Assembly: GCF_009914755.1 (NCBI RefSeq) | Contig: NC_060925.1 | Direction: 5' to 3' (one strand) | Source of the DNA: the human T2T-CHM13v2.0 reference genome, Homo sapiens | DNA: 64,000 nt | Part shown: positions 27,311 through 41,210 of the stretch, in pieces | How the letters are laid out: every line of letters starts with the position of its first letter | How positions within the stretch are numbered: position 1 is the first letter of the stretch | The notes under the pieces: model-generated | Databases searched by the model: none | Told to the model about the DNA's origin: nothing | Seen by the model: only the letters and a program-made list of their open reading frames with translations | Translations under genes and position numbers: made by a program

Positions 27311-27872
27311 AACCATACATACAATAAGAAGTTAATATTCAAAATATATAAGGAATTCAATTCAATAACAAGAGAACAAATATTATGATTAAAAATTGGG
27401 CAAAAGACCTGAATTGACATTTATCAAAGGAAGACACAAATGGCAAACAGGCATAAGAAAAAGTACTCAATGTCACTTGCCATCAGAGAAATGCCAATAA
27501 AAACCATAATGAAATATCATCTCACACCTGTTAGAACGGCTACTATCAAAAAGGCAAATGAAAACAGACATTGACAGGGATGTGGAAAAAAAGGGAACCC
27601 TTGTATAAAGTTAATGGGGATGTAAATTAGTGCAGCCGTTATGAACAATAGCATGAAGATTCCTCAAAAAATTAAAAACAGAACTACCATATGATCCAGT
27701 AATCCCTCTTTTGGGTAGATATTCAAAAAAACTTAATAACTACATATGTCAAAGTGATATATGTACTTTCATATCCATTGTTGCATTATTCACAATATCC
27801 TAAATATGAAATCAACTTACATGTCTATCAACAAAAAAATTGAATAAAGAAAATGTGCTATAGATAAAAGAT

Positions 27873-27907
<35 letters not shown>

Positions 27908-28420
27908 GTATAGACAGACAGACAGACACAAAACTGAGTTCTATTCAGCCTTAAAAATAAGGAGGAAATCTTGTCTTGGGACAACATGGAAAACCTGAAA
28001 GACATTATGCTAAGTGAGATAAGGCAAATGCCATATGTTCTCACTTATATGTGGAATATAAGAAAGTTAAATTCATGAAGAATAGAATGGTGTTTGCCTG
28101 GGGCTGACATGGGTGGAGAGTGTAGCAGAGAAGGCTTGGGGAGATGCTGGTTAAAGTGCACAAAGTCTCAGTTAGAATGAATAGATTCTGAAGACGTACT
28201 GCACAGCAGCATCACTATAGTTAACAATAATAATGTATTATATACTCAAAAAAGAGATTAAATCTTAAATATTCTCACCACAAAAAGTATATATGATGGA
28301 TATGCTAATTCATTTGATATATTTCACAATATATACATATGTTAAAACATCACACTGTACTTCATAAATATGTACAATTTTTATTTGTCCATGATTCCTT
28401 CATAAATCTGGGAGAAAAAC
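27311..28420 (+). mobile_element. L1MA-type ORF2 3' end and 3' UTR
   Basis: aaaaattgggcaaaagacctgaa...catctcacacctgttagaacggc...gaactaccatatgatccagtaatccc...tctcaccacaaaaa...tgtacaatttttatttgtc. Confidence 0.85.
27873..27928. repeat. (GATA)8 + (GACA)4 compound tetranucleotide STR inside the L1
   Basis: Direct reading. Confidence 0.95.
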
Positions 28421-28850
28421 AGAAACAAACCAAGTGCCCAACAATACAAGAATAAACAAATTGTGATATTATCTGTACAATGGAATACTACTCAGCAATA
28501 AAGAGGAAGAAACTTCTGATACATCCTACCACATAAATGAATTTCAAAAGCACTATGTTTAGGAAAAGAATCCAGAACAAAAGAGTATGCACTGTATGAT
28601 TTTATTTTTATAAAGTCCAACAGTGGCCAAAACTAATCTATGCAATTTAAATTAGAATAATATTTACTTTTTATGGGGAGAGGCAAAGAATGAAAAGGGT
28701 CATTTGGGGGTATTTTAAGGTGATAACAATGCTCTGTGTTTCAACTTATGTGTTGGTTACATGGGCATATACTTTGTCAAAACTCACTAAACTCTCCACT
28801 TAAGATCTGAGCATTTTTGTGTGTGTAATGATATCTTAATCTTTAAAAAT
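28421..28850 (+). mobile_element. L1ME-type 3' end
   Basis: aaaccaagtgcccaac...caatggaatactactcagcaataaa...tttgtcaaaactcactaaactctccacttaagatctg. Confidence 0.75.
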
Positions 28851-28899
28851 CAATTTTCAAACTGTTCAAGTCAGCAAGAAAAAAACCACAAACAAATAA

Positions 28900-29270
28900 A
28901 CAAAGGAATGAAGTCCTGATACATTCTATAATATGGATGAACCTAAAAACATTATGCTAATTGAAAGGTCAGTCATAAAGGTGCACATTTTGTATGATTG
29001 CATTTACATGAAATATCCAGAGTACGCAAATGTCTCCAGACAGGAAGTAGATTATTGGTTGCTTTGTAATATTGATAGAGGCAGGGAACTGGGAAAAATG
29101 GTGAGCGATTGCTAACAGATGCTGGATTTCTTTTTTGGGTGATTCAAAAAGTCCTAAATTTGATTGTGGTGACTGTTATACAATATGTGAATATACTAAA
29201 AAACATTGAATTGTAATCTTAAAATGAGTGAATTGTAGGCCATATAAATTATATCTCAATAAGTATATTA
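28900..29270 (+). mobile_element. L1MB/ME-type 3' end
   Basis: ggatgaacctaaaaacattatgctaa...atatccagag...ttgattgtggtgactgttatacaat...aattatatctcaataa. Confidence 0.75.
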
Positions 29271-29469
29271 TGCTTTGAAAAACCAAACTTGTTATTCTCT
29301 CAAGGAAATATATGCCATAGCAAGATTATCTTCCAGCACTTTAATAGTCAAAACCACAGGGATAACTAAGATCAATGAGGAGGTGCCTTCTGAACTGGGA
29401 ATTTGACATTTTCAGTGTGTTCAGAACAGTATCCCTATGGTGGGCTTTTTCAACAATCAACAAACAACA

Positions 29470-29775
29470 ATAAAGGGGAGTTTATTTAGTATTAACTTAC
29501 ACAATCACTAGGTCCCACAATAGGCTGTTTGCAAGCTGAGGAGCAAGGAGAGCCAGTCCGAGTCAGATTTTCCAGGGCAGGAAGCATCCAGCACAGGAGA
29601 AAGCTTTAGGCTTGGAGGCTAGGCCCATCTCTCCTTTTCACGTTTTTCCACCTGCTTTATATTCGCTGGTAGCTGTTTAGATTGTGCCCACCAGATTAAG
29701 GGTGGATCTGCCTTCCCCAGCCCATTGACTCAACTGTTAATCTCAATATTAACCATCTCAATATTAACCATCACA
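29470..29775 (-). mobile_element. MLT2A (HERV-L) LTR, truncated and internally deleted
   Basis: ggtcccacaataggctgtttgcaagctgaggagcaaggagagccagtccgagtc...cagattaagggtggatctgccttccccagccc...attaaccatcaca. Confidence 0.85.
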
Positions 29776-30308
29776 GTCTGTTTGAAAATTGCACTGTATA
29801 ATTTAACAAAATGTCTAAGAATCAATGTTTGAATTACAGATGAATTTATGGATGGAACACTTTTGTTTTCAAACATATCTTCATTACTAGTTATGAGCTA
29901 GAGGTCTGGGGCATTACCTCCAAGAGCTTCCACAGATGTCCCTTCATAACACAATGTTTTGTGTTTGTTGAATTACCTTTTGTCTTGCCTTCAAATTCTC
30001 TTAGCTGAATATGTATTCATAATATTAATTGAAGGGTGTTTGGAGAAAAAGAAAGGCACATAAAAATTTCAAGAAAAATAAAACCTCAATAGAATTCAGA
30101 AACTACTATTGAAAAACTGTTTACTCAGAAGTATAGTTTCTAAGTCTAAACTCAATTAATGTATCTAATTAAACATCGAAAAGAGTTTCTGTGAATGGAA
30201 TGAAAACACATTGAGAAATCAAAAAATATATGAAAATCTATGTGAAACTGGGCTTATTACTTCTTAGAAGCAGGAGAAAAGCTCTTCATTAAAAAGATAT
30301 ATATTTCC

Positions 30309-30913
<605 letters not shown>

Positions 30914-31850
30914 TTATTTTGATTACATAAATAACACATTTAAATAAGTAATAAACCTTTGAAATAACTAAAATTATGTGTCAACAATTATTCTTTTACC
31001 CCTTACCTCCTTGTGTAATTTAATCGAGTCAAAAATAGTATCAATATGAGATTTTTGGTGTCTTTGAAGGTAGCTTTCATACAAAATAAATGCTATTCAA
31101 TATCTATATTATTAATATTTTATTAATGGAAAAATTTAAAAACCTAATTTTTAGCTATACTTCTAATTTAAATATATCATGTTATTCTGCTGATAAATCC
31201 AGCATGTCAATAATTACTTTTATGAGAAGTTTTATTTATTAAAAATTTTTAAACATTTTAATCTACACACAAATTTAGTATTTCGATCTTATTTTTCAGG
31301 TACATTGATTGTCTAATAAGTTCTTATGTGGTTCTTGTAAGTTAAAAATTTAACTAATAATTTTAATGTCTCTTTAAAATACTAATAATTTTTCACAAAT
31401 TTAAGAAAATCTTGGTATAAAAAATCACAATTAGTGACAAATTTTAAATTAAAATTACAAGTCTAATCTGCTAAAAACTTTAAATTGCCAAATTGTACCC
31501 CTAAAATGCCAAATCCCCTTCAATGCTACAAATACTCAAAATACTAAATATGCACAGATTATTTCCAAATATAACACAAAACTACGAATACTATGGATTT
31601 GATTTATCTCATCATTTAAAACTTAATTTTAAATATTCCCAAGATTAAACATAGTCATTCATAAAAGACACAATTATGTGTTTTTCAGCAATTCAAAACC
31701 TGATAATTCAGGTTTATCATCCAATGCGATTTGGGGTTTTTTACCGGAACAATTTTGGGGTTTGCTTCTCAACTAGCTGAGGCTGCATGTCAACAGAGAT
31801 TTAGGTTAGATGCATTGGTTGTTGTAGACATCCAAGGCTATTTTTCTTTC

Positions 31851-32012
31851 CTTTTTAAACTTTTTTTCGAGATAGGGTCTAATTCTGCCACCTAGGCTGG
31901 AGTGCAGTGGTAGGGTCTTAGCTCATGCAGCTTCCAACTTCCGGGCTCAAGGATTCTCCTGCCTCAGCCTCCCAAGTAGCTGGGACTACAGACACATCAT
32001 CATGCTCGGCTA
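31851..32012 (-). mobile_element. Alu right monomer (FRAM or truncated AluJ)
   Basis: gagatagggtct...gggctcaaggattctcctgcctcagcc...cggct; degenerate TSD aag(g/c)cta(t/c)ttttctt. Confidence 0.85.
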
Positions 32013-33146
32013 AGCCTACTTTTCTTACCAGAGTAAGAGATAAATAGGTTCCTCTTCTGGTTTTGATAAATCATTATGCCCTTTACATGAGGCAGTCTCA
32101 CAATTCACATCCCTGGAATGAAACACACATTATCTAATTACCAAGCATGATTTAAGTTCTTAACCACTAAACAGTTCTATTCCTTCATTGGATCCAATTA
32201 CTCGAGCTGCGGCTTAATCCTTGTGTGAATCATTTTCATAAACTTCTGGTCTGGAAAACAAGAACTCTTTATAGACCTTTGAGTAATATACAACATCATT
32301 CTGAATCTCTTTTGTGGAATGTCTACGTCTACAGTTAAGGCATTAAAATAATGTTAGTGAGGGGTTTCTTCTTTTTCCTATATTATTATAACATCTTATT
32401 ATTCATTAATTTATCAAATCTGTCAAAAACACCTACTGAATCCTAAGCAATCACACTGTGTTCTACTTATGTATTCACATGTTACGTTTCAGCACTGGTT
32501 TTAGTCAATTTTCAAGCAACACAATTGTTGGCACTGAATGCAAGGAGGAATTAAGAATCACATGATGAATTAAGCAAGTACTTTGATCCCCCTACTCCTT
32601 CCTCTTCCCTCAACATCAAACACAAACAACAAACTCAATAACAACAAACTTATATTCATTTTATTAATATACCCCAAAAATTTTAAAAAACATATTCTGG
32701 ATTGCTTATACTTTGTCTTTTGGGTTCACTGCCAGTTTTTAAAATCTTTTTTAAATTGTTGTAGCATACATATAACATAAAACTTACCATCTTACCCCTT
32801 TTTCAGTGTATGGTTCAGTGGTATTAGGTACATTCATAATTTGCAACCAACACCACCACTCATCTCCATGACTCTTTTCATCTTGTAAAACTGAAACTCT
32901 CCTCATTAAACAATAATTCCCCATGCCTCCCTCCTCCCAGCCCCTGGCAACCACTGTTTCTGTTTCTATGATTTTAATTACTCTAATTGCTTCATATAAG
33001 TGGAATCATACAGTGTTTGTCTTTTCATTTCTTGTTAATTTCCTTGAGCTTAATCCATGTTATAGCATGTGTCAGAATTTCCTTTCCTTTTGAGGCTGTG
33101 TAATATTCCATTGTATATGTGCATGTGTGTGTGTGTATGTGAACGT

Positions 33147-33812
33147 GTGTCATGCCTTGCTTAACAACAGAGATACATTCTGAGAAATGGCTGGTCAGGA
33201 GTTTCCATTATTAGGCGAACATCCTTTAATGCAGTGGTCCCCAGCACTTTTGGCACTAAGGATCAGTTTCATGGAAGACAATTTTTCCATGGATTGAGGA
33301 TTAGGGGAGATGGTTCCAGGATGAAACTGCTCCACTTCTGATCATCAGGCGTTAGTTAGATTCTCACAAGCGGGGTGCAACCTAGATCCCTCACATGCGC
33401 AGTTCATAATAAGACTCGTGCTCTTATGAGAATCTAATGCCTCCCCTGACCTGACAGGAGGCGGAGCTCAGGCAGTAATGCTGGATAGCCCACCACTCAC
33501 CTCCTGCTGTGTGGTCTGAATCCTAACAGGCCAGGGACCAGTACTGGTCTATGGCTCAGGGGTTGGGGACCCCTGATGTGTGTATTCACAATGGTATGGC
33601 CTACTACACACATAGGCTATGTTGTAAGGCCTATTGCTCCTAGGCTACAAATCTGTACAGCATGTTACTGTACTGAATAGTGTAAAGAAGTAAGAACATA
33701 ATGGTAAGTATCTGTGTGATAGAAATCTTTCAACTCCATTATAGTTTTATAGGACCACTGTCGTACATATGGTCCATCGTTGACTGAAACATCGTGATGC
33801 AGGGAGTGACTA
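33147..33812. mobile_element. Tigger3a/MER7A-like TcMar-Tigger MITE, split by MER1B
   Basis: gtcatgccttgcttaacaacagagatacattctgagaaatg... and ...ggaccactgtcgtacatatggtccatcgttgactgaaacatcgtgatgcagggagtgact termini. Confidence 0.82.
33232..33575 (+). mobile_element. MER1B hAT-Charlie MITE, near full length
   Basis: cagtggtccccagcacttttggcac...ggaagacaatttttcca...ggaggcggagctcaggc...ggggttggggacccctg (TIRs at both ends). Confidence 0.88.
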
Positions 33813-35304
33813 CATATCCACATTTTATCTGTGAATTGACACTTGTGCTGCTTACAGTTTTTAGCTATTGTGGATAATGCTGCCATAAACATGTATACAA
33901 ATATCTCTTTGAGATTCTGCTTTTAGTTATTTTGGGTATATACCCAAAAGTGGAATTGTTGGATCATATGGTAATTCTATTTTTAATTTTTTAAGAAATT
34001 GTCATACTGATTTCCACAGCAGCTGTACCATTTTACATTCTCACTAATGGTGAAAAAGGGTTCCAATTTCTCCATATCATCATCGACACTTTTTGTTTGT
34101 TTGTTTCTTTTTTTTTTTTTTTTTGATTTTTTGTTTTGTTTTTAATGGCCATCCTGAAATGTCACGTGGTATCTCATTGTAGTTTTGGTTTGCATTTCCC
34201 AATTGATTAGTGATGTTGAGCATCCTTTCAGGTGCTTATTCGCTATTCATATATTTTCTTCGGAGAAATGTCTATTCAAGTTCCTTGCCCATTTCTTAAT
34301 TTAGTTGTTTGTTGTTTTCCTGTCATTGAGTTTTAGAAATTCGTAATATATTCTGAATATTAGTCCTTCATCAAAAATATAACTTGCAAATCTTTTCTCC
34401 CATTTTGTGAGTTCCCTATTAACTGTGTTAATAGTGTCTCTTGCTGCATATTTTTTTAAATTTCCATTAAGTCAAATTTTTCTGTTTTTTTACTTGGTTG
34501 CGTATGCTTTGTATCATATGTAAGAAATTAATGCCAAATCCAGTGTTCTGAAGCTCTTGTTCTATGTCTTCTTCTAAGAGTTTTATAGCTTTAAGTCTTA
34601 CATTTAGGCCTTTGATCCATTAAGTTAATTTTTATATATGGTCTTAATAATCTAACTTCATTATTTTTCATACAGATATCTAGTTTTCCCAGTACCATTT
34701 GCTGATAAGACTGTTCTTTACCAATGAGTGGTCTTGGTACCCCTGTCAAAAATCATTTTCATGTATGTGAAGGTTTATTTCTGTGCTATCTATTCTATTC
34801 CATTGTTCTATACATCTGTCATTATGTCAATACCACACTATTTGACTAATTTAGCATTGTAGTAAGTTTGAAATCAGAAAGTGTGAGTCCTCCAACTTTA
34901 TTCTTTTTCAAGGCTGTTGTGGCTATTTAGGATCTCCTGAGAGTCCATATGAATTTTGGAGTGGGGTTTTCTATTTCTGCAAAAAATATTATTGGGGTTT
35001 TAATGGGATTGCATTGAAGCTATAGATTGCTTTGGGTAATACTGATATCCTAACAATATTGCCTTCCAATTAATGAACATGAGAGGTAGTTCCATTTATT
35101 TTTGTGTTTTTAAATTTATTTCTGCAATGTATTTATGTTTTCATTGTACAAGTTTTTCTCTCCCTTTGTTAAGTTCATTTCTAAGCTTTTTTATGATACT
35201 GTAAATGGAATTCATTGAAACACCAAATTTGGGACATTAAAAGCAAGCTGAACCACACAGGCTTAAAGCCTCAAAATTTACCAATTATATGATGTACAGA
35301 AAGA

Positions 35305-35450
35305 TCCTGAGCCACTCTCTGCTTCTGTTTTCTTCTCGTCTTTACAATGGAAAAAGTAGAAGTCCCCATCTCACAGGGTTGTGATGAGGTTTCCATCTAT
35401 AAAGCCTTAGAACATTGCCTGGAACATATGAGGTACTTAAAGCCCATTAG
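35305..35450 (+). mobile_element. MIR fragment
   Basis: ctctctgcttctgttttcttctcgtctttacaatgg...tctcacagggttgtgatgagg...cttagaacattgcctggaacata. Confidence 0.65.
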
Positions 35451-35789
35451 ATATTTTGTTAATACAGAGAAGAACAATGGACCAAAATAGCCCCTGTTTT
35501 CAAGTAGCTTACTGTCTTAAGTAAATTAATGCAAATTCTGAAAAGTCATTCAATAACAGACTCAAAGATGAAACAATTGCAGTATTTTTTGCCTTCAAGA
35601 GGTATTCATTCTCCCTTGCTCACAAATCCTCACTATCTCCCTATAGATTACAGTTTAATTTCAAATGCTGAAATTTAACATAAGCAAAAAGAATGGAACA
35701 CTGGTTTGCAAGCTGATGTTTCAAAAATCTCACATAAAACTATCCACCGCTGCATAAGCCTTTCCCATAGTTATTAGCTGCTGGATATT

Positions 35790-36105
35790 GTTCATGCTGT
35801 CTTCACTGCCTTGGATGCTGCCATTTCCACCAATTTAAATCATTAATACCTGAATCAAATGCAACTTGAAATTTATTCCCACCTGATTTAACATATTCTC
35901 TCCTTTCATGGAGCCCCCATAACATTGTGCATCTTTCTAATAGCACTAAATTGATCCTGATTTACATTATGCTTATTTGTTCCCCTGTGGTCACTTTCTA
36001 GTTGACCTTATTTCTTTGTTTTTTATCCATTTCTTTAACCTCTCCTCCCTGTGGTGTTTTAAATGCCATAATTCTCAATAAATGTTTTAAAATAAATATG
36101 CTGAA
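35790..36105 (+). mobile_element. L2 3' end
   Basis: ttcatgctgtcttcactgccttggatgc...ctcaataaatgttt. Confidence 0.5.
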
Positions 36106-36264
36106 TTTTTGATGTGTACATCAAATCTATCGGTAAACTTAATGAAAACTAGTTGTACCAAAACCAATTAGTTCAATGTACCATATTTTGGCCTTTTAAT
36201 ATGTGTTGAATTTCATCAGTGTGTAATTACCAAAGTGATGTGATGCAAGGAAGAATGACGAAGC

Positions 36265-36440
36265 TTATTTGAGCACTTACTCTATGCCAGGCATATTATT
36301 CTACATTTTACTCATAACAACCTTTGTTTTACAAATTAAAAAAAAAAATCAAAAGAGAGGTTAAGTAACCTACCCAGCATCACATAGCTAATAAATAGAT
36401 AACTTGGCAAATGACACAGATCTATAGAGCTCAAAATCCA
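36265..36440 (-). mobile_element. MIR
   Basis: tatttgagcacttactctatgccaggca...gagaggttaagtaacctacccagcatcacatagcta. Confidence 0.7.
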
Positions 36441-37849
36441 TGAGTTTTGTCTTTGTTTTTTGTTTCCTCCTTCTTGTCCTACTCCTCTTTCTCCTCCTCC
36501 TTCTTCATTTTCTACAACACAAGCCTGCCATCAAAAATGTTGCCATGGACATTTGAACCAGAATTCAATAGTGGAAATTATCAGATAATTAAGAATCACT
36601 CAAAAAGATAAAAATTAGTAAATGTTATTAATGTTTCTCCACTTGAAAAAACTGCTGCAACCAAATCTCTGTTTTATTTTAATTGAAGTGACCCCTTAAT
36701 TTTCAATTCTATTGTGTTTGATAAAATACACCTAGAAATGGGAAATATATGGATGAGGAAAGCAAATCTTCTTGATACGTAGTTATTGACTTAATTAATA
36801 TTAGCTCATGAATGTGAGTACTACCTATCTCTTCTTTTGTTATCTCAATAAAAATAAATTTTACCAAAGTAAAGAACAAATAAGAAGTAATAAAAGACTA
36901 AATATAATCAAATTTATCAGCACTTAAAAGCCAGTATAAAGTACACTGAAAACTGTCATATCCTAAAATATAAACTAAACATATATCCCCTCTTCCACAA
37001 AACACCTAAATCATAGAGTACATGTACTGTGACCATAACAGAAAAAGATGTTCTTTTACGTGGTAGGATTTCTAGCAGTTTATCTCTGTAGTCCCTTTAG
37101 AAACATATACTTTTAAAAAAGACCACCATAGGCTCATTTGATGATTATAGATTATTGATAAAAGTGGACTTTGAGATGGAGTGCAAAAAATATATACAGA
37201 GGAGGCATGTAAAATGTGAACACTGTGTCTAATTTTAGTATTTTGACCTAGTAATATACAATTAAAGCCCAAGAAATCTCTGATATCAACACTGTCTCTC
37301 ACTACTCCAAGCACCTAGATTTAAGAAATGTAGTAGAAATCAGACCTCAGGCACACCTTGGCACACCAGAAGTGGAACTGCTATCTACATCTTCACCTGG
37401 CATTACTGTAGAACTCTTGTATACTTTGTTTTTTGATTCAGAAAAGCAGGAGACTAGCTGAAAAGTTAAGTAAGAAGAACAGTATTTGAGTTTTGATGGA
37501 AACAATGTCTCTCTGCTTCAAATTTATTCCAGACACCCTTTAGAGCCCAGTATGTTTGAAATGTAATAAAGGCTAAACAGACAGCTGTTATGTATTGCAC
37601 AAACTTTCTGTGGCTTCCAGTGAGGCAGCCATTCTCTGAATCCCTCCAGAGTTCTAAAATAAACTAAAGAAAAAACAAGGCCTAGATGATCATTATGTGG
37701 CATGAATATGTGAAGTAATAAAGCAATGAAAAGAAGTGGTGTCTATGGAAAATTTCCTAAAAATGTTGAAAAGGAGGGCAGGAAAAATAACATTTAATAT
37801 AACAAAATATTCTGTAAATGTTATTTTGTTGTGTGTTTGTTTATTAGGA

Positions 37850-37946
37850 CTTATCTACTTTGTTCAATATTTTGTGCCCAGATCCTAGCCTGATGCCAGG
37901 CATATAATGGGGACTTAATGAAGATATTTTAATGAATGAGTGAATG
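37850..37946 (+). mobile_element. L2 extreme 3' end
   Basis: cctagcctgatgccaggcatataat...aatgaatgagtgaatg. Confidence 0.6.
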
Positions 37947-38224
37947 TTCCACAATCCAGTGTTCTGGGTATTATTTCTGGGCTGTTCTCAAATTTTTATA
38001 TCTCAAGTTATATAAATGCAATGCAAGCCAATATATATTTATGTCTTTCAAATTAGATTTTTAAGCATAACCTACTTGCAATCTATATGACAAAAGAATT
38101 TTAGTTTGAAGAGACTTGCTTATTTCATGGACGGATTAAAAAAGGAATGTTCTTCCAAAGACCTGTTTCCGAATGAAGGAGGGAAATACAATGACTAATT
38201 CTGTATTATGTATTCAACATGTCT

Positions 38225-38400
38225 TATTTTATTTAACCCATACAATCTGTTTATAAGTTAGCTATTATTATCCTTTCCACAAAGAAGAGAACAGAATTAA
38301 ATAACTTGCCCAAGCTTAAAAGCTAGTCAGTGTAATGATTTGAGCCCTAAAACTCATTGTGTATGGCTCTAAAACCTATGCTCTTACCATCACACTATAT
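38225..38400 (-). mobile_element. MIR
   Basis: ctattattatcctt...ttaaataacttgcccaag...tatgctcttaccatcacacta. Confidence 0.6.
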
Positions 38401-38771
38401 ACTATGGAGATGGCATCTTGTAAGACAAGACAAAGCTACCTTAAATCAAGAGAAACTGCCTCTGAGTAGTCAAGTCTTAACAGACTATTATTTTTCCTTG
38501 ATGTCTTTTCTATTTTAAAGCAGCAATACTTTTAGGGTGATGTATAAAATGTAACTAAAAGTGGAGAGTAGATTAAGAAATTTACATTGCACTCTCCAGC
38601 AAGTACAAATTATATCTCTTCCAGTTTTCATTTGAGGATATATATGAGAATTTATTTTTCAAGGATTACCATACAAAGATAGATAGATAGATAGTGATAG
38701 CCCATCCAATATGCTCTTCATACAATTCAATGTTGACGTATCTCGATTAAGAGGGGGCAGATTTTTCTATC

Positions 38772-38968
38772 CTTAAGACCAGTCTGAGCAACACAATCAG
38801 ACCCCATCTCTACATAAAAATGTTTTAAAATTTAGCTGGGCATGGTGGCGTGTGCCTGTAGTCCCAGCTACTAGGGAGGCTGAGGTAGAAGAATCACTTG
38901 AGCACAGGAGTTCAAGGAGGCAGTGAACCATAATTGCTCCACAACACTCCAGCCTGGGTGACAAAGCA
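38772..38968 (+). mobile_element. AluJ fragment lacking 5' end and tail
   Basis: agaccagtctgagcaac...ttgagcacaggagttcaagg...cagcctgggtgacaaagc. Confidence 0.85.
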
Positions 38969-39096
38969 ATTAACACAGGATTCCTGTCTAAACACCATTG
39001 ATAGAACACTTGCATCTGTTTACACCCTTTACTGAAGTTCCATTGAAACGACATTATACATACATACCTCATAAGGATAGATAGAATGGGAAAGTA

Positions 39097-39579
39097 GCAG
39101 TATAGTGGCCATGAAAATGTACCTCTCTGATCTCCTACTGTGGGAAGCATAAATGATGAACAGCTCAGCTGCTTCATTCTGAAATCCATCATTGCATTCA
39201 TCCAGAGGCCACATTTCCCATAAGCAGCTAAGCTGCTCCTGGTCAAAGAGTGATCTCTATAGGAATGCTAACGTCAGGTCCTGGGAGATGTGGTACTCCC
39301 CTGAGGGTTGACTTTGGCTAGATCCATCCCATCAAGTTTGCTGAACTCTTAAAAAAATGCATTGCTGTGTAAGACTCTTCCACTTAATACTTCTTTCTTC
39401 CTTGCTTTTCCTCTCTCCTTCAAAAGTATCAGACCAGCATAATGGTCTAACAGCCCTCCCAGCTTCCTTCAGGTTCCTCCTAATTTTTCCTCACAGGCAT
39501 TTCCTATAAGAAATAATATGTTTCTGATATGTCTAAATCTATCTTGGTGTCTTCTGCTCAGATGACCTCAAACTAGCAC
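39097..39579 (+). mobile_element. ERVL LTR16A-like solo LTR
   Basis: ctgaaatccatcattgcattc...gaggccacatttccc...cctcacaggcatttcc...atcttggtgtcttctgctcagatgacctcaaactagcaca. Confidence 0.7.
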
Positions 39580-39982
39580 AAGCAGTAAGAAAGTTCAGAA
39601 ATTTTTGGAAAAGGGAAAGGATACAGAGTGTTAACATACTTAGCAAAATTTTTTTTTAAAAAGCTAAAACCCAAAAGCCTGCATAGGAATGACAAAAAGA
39701 AATAAACAGGTTCACAGCACAAAAACCATAGAAATGTGCATAAATTAGAAGCATGAAGTATTACAGAAGATGGTGTTTTGGATATGTCTGATGCAGGAAC
39801 ATTGATTGGAAGTCTAAATAAGGAGACTGAACAACCAGGTTCACCTCCACTTCTTACAGCCAGAAGACAGCCCTTCCTCTCCCCAGAGGAGAGTGTGTGG
39901 GTGTGACACTGAACTAAAAATGAAAGGGTAAAGATATTTTAGAAATATCTTTATTTAATCTCCCCACACTGAATGACAAGAT

Positions 39983-40342
39983 TGTTATGGACTGAGTGTT
40001 TGTGACCTGGTCCCCCCATCCAAAAATTCATACATTGAAATCCTAATTACCAATGTAATGGTACTAGCAGGTGGAGCTTTGGGGAGGGAATTAGATCATG
40101 AGGTGGAGCCCTTATAAGAGAGATCTGAGAGCTAGTGCTTGCTCATCACCCCGCCCACCACCACCTGCAGATACAGGACAAGACAGTCTTCAGCAAAGTG
40201 GGAAGATGCCCAACCAGGCACTGGATCTGCCTGCACCTTGATCTTGGACTTCCAAGCCTCCAGAACTCTAAGAAATAAATTTCTGTGGCTCAACCCACAC
40301 AATCTATGGTCTTCCATTATAGCAGCCCAAACTGACTAAGAA
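39983..40342 (+). mobile_element. MLT1A-type MaLR solo LTR
   Basis: tgttatggactgagtgtttgtg...caccttgatcttggacttccaagcctccagaact...tatagcagcccaaactgactaaga. Confidence 0.85.
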
Positions 40343-40357
40343 AAAGACTTTCTAGAT

Positions 40358-40452
40358 AAGAGAGACAGAGGCAGAGTGAGAGCGGGAGGGAGAGAGGGAG
40401 GAAGGAAAGAAGAAAGGAAGGAAGGAAGGAAAGAAAGAAAGAAAGAAAAAAA
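40358..40452 (+). repeat. Polypurine (GA)/(GGAA)/(GAAA) compound repeat
   Basis: Direct reading. Confidence 0.9.
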
Positions 40453-40466
40453 GCACTCTGAGGCAC

Positions 40467-40833
<367 letters not shown>

Positions 40834-40839
40834 TGAGAT

Positions 40840-41090
40840 ACATCATTGAAAAAAATTTCAAAATACTCAAGATAAAGAGATCTTAAAATCTTACAGAAAA
40901 AAATTAAAAGAATCAGATATAGGAATGACATCTGGCTTTCCAAAAGCAACTACAAAAAAGATACACAAAAATTGAGCAATGCCTTTAAAATTCTGGGGGT
41001 AAAAATTTCATCTTAGAATTCTATACCCAGGCACACTGAGTTAGTTTGGATATTCTCAGACATGTGATGTCTCAAAACATTTACTCCTGT
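40840..41090 (+). mobile_element. L1ME/HAL1-like ORF1 relic
   Basis: gataaagagatcttaaaa...ggaatgacatctggctttc...gagcaatgcctttaaaattctg...tagaattctatacccag. Confidence 0.55.
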
Positions 41091-41210
41091 AGCCATAGTG
41101 GTATAAGTTGGACATTGACTGAAATAAAATTATAATACAACCACTTGGCTAGACTGAAGTAAGTTAGAGAAAAGGAAGGTGGCAGGAAGCTCAGAGACAG
41201 TGCTGGAAAA

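Larger units (their letters stand above)
32745..35212 (-). mobile_element. L1MB-type 3' end and ORF2 tail (antisense), interrupted at 33147-33812
   Basis: cttaccatcttaccctttttcagtgtatggttcagtggtatt...gggtatatacccaaaagtggaattgttggatcatatggtaattct...gcattgaagctatagattgctttggg. Confidence 0.88.

Noticed and set aside
30915-31700. Extremely AT-rich stretch as a matrix-attachment or unwinding element
   Set aside because: Composition alone is not evidence in an AT-rich isochore
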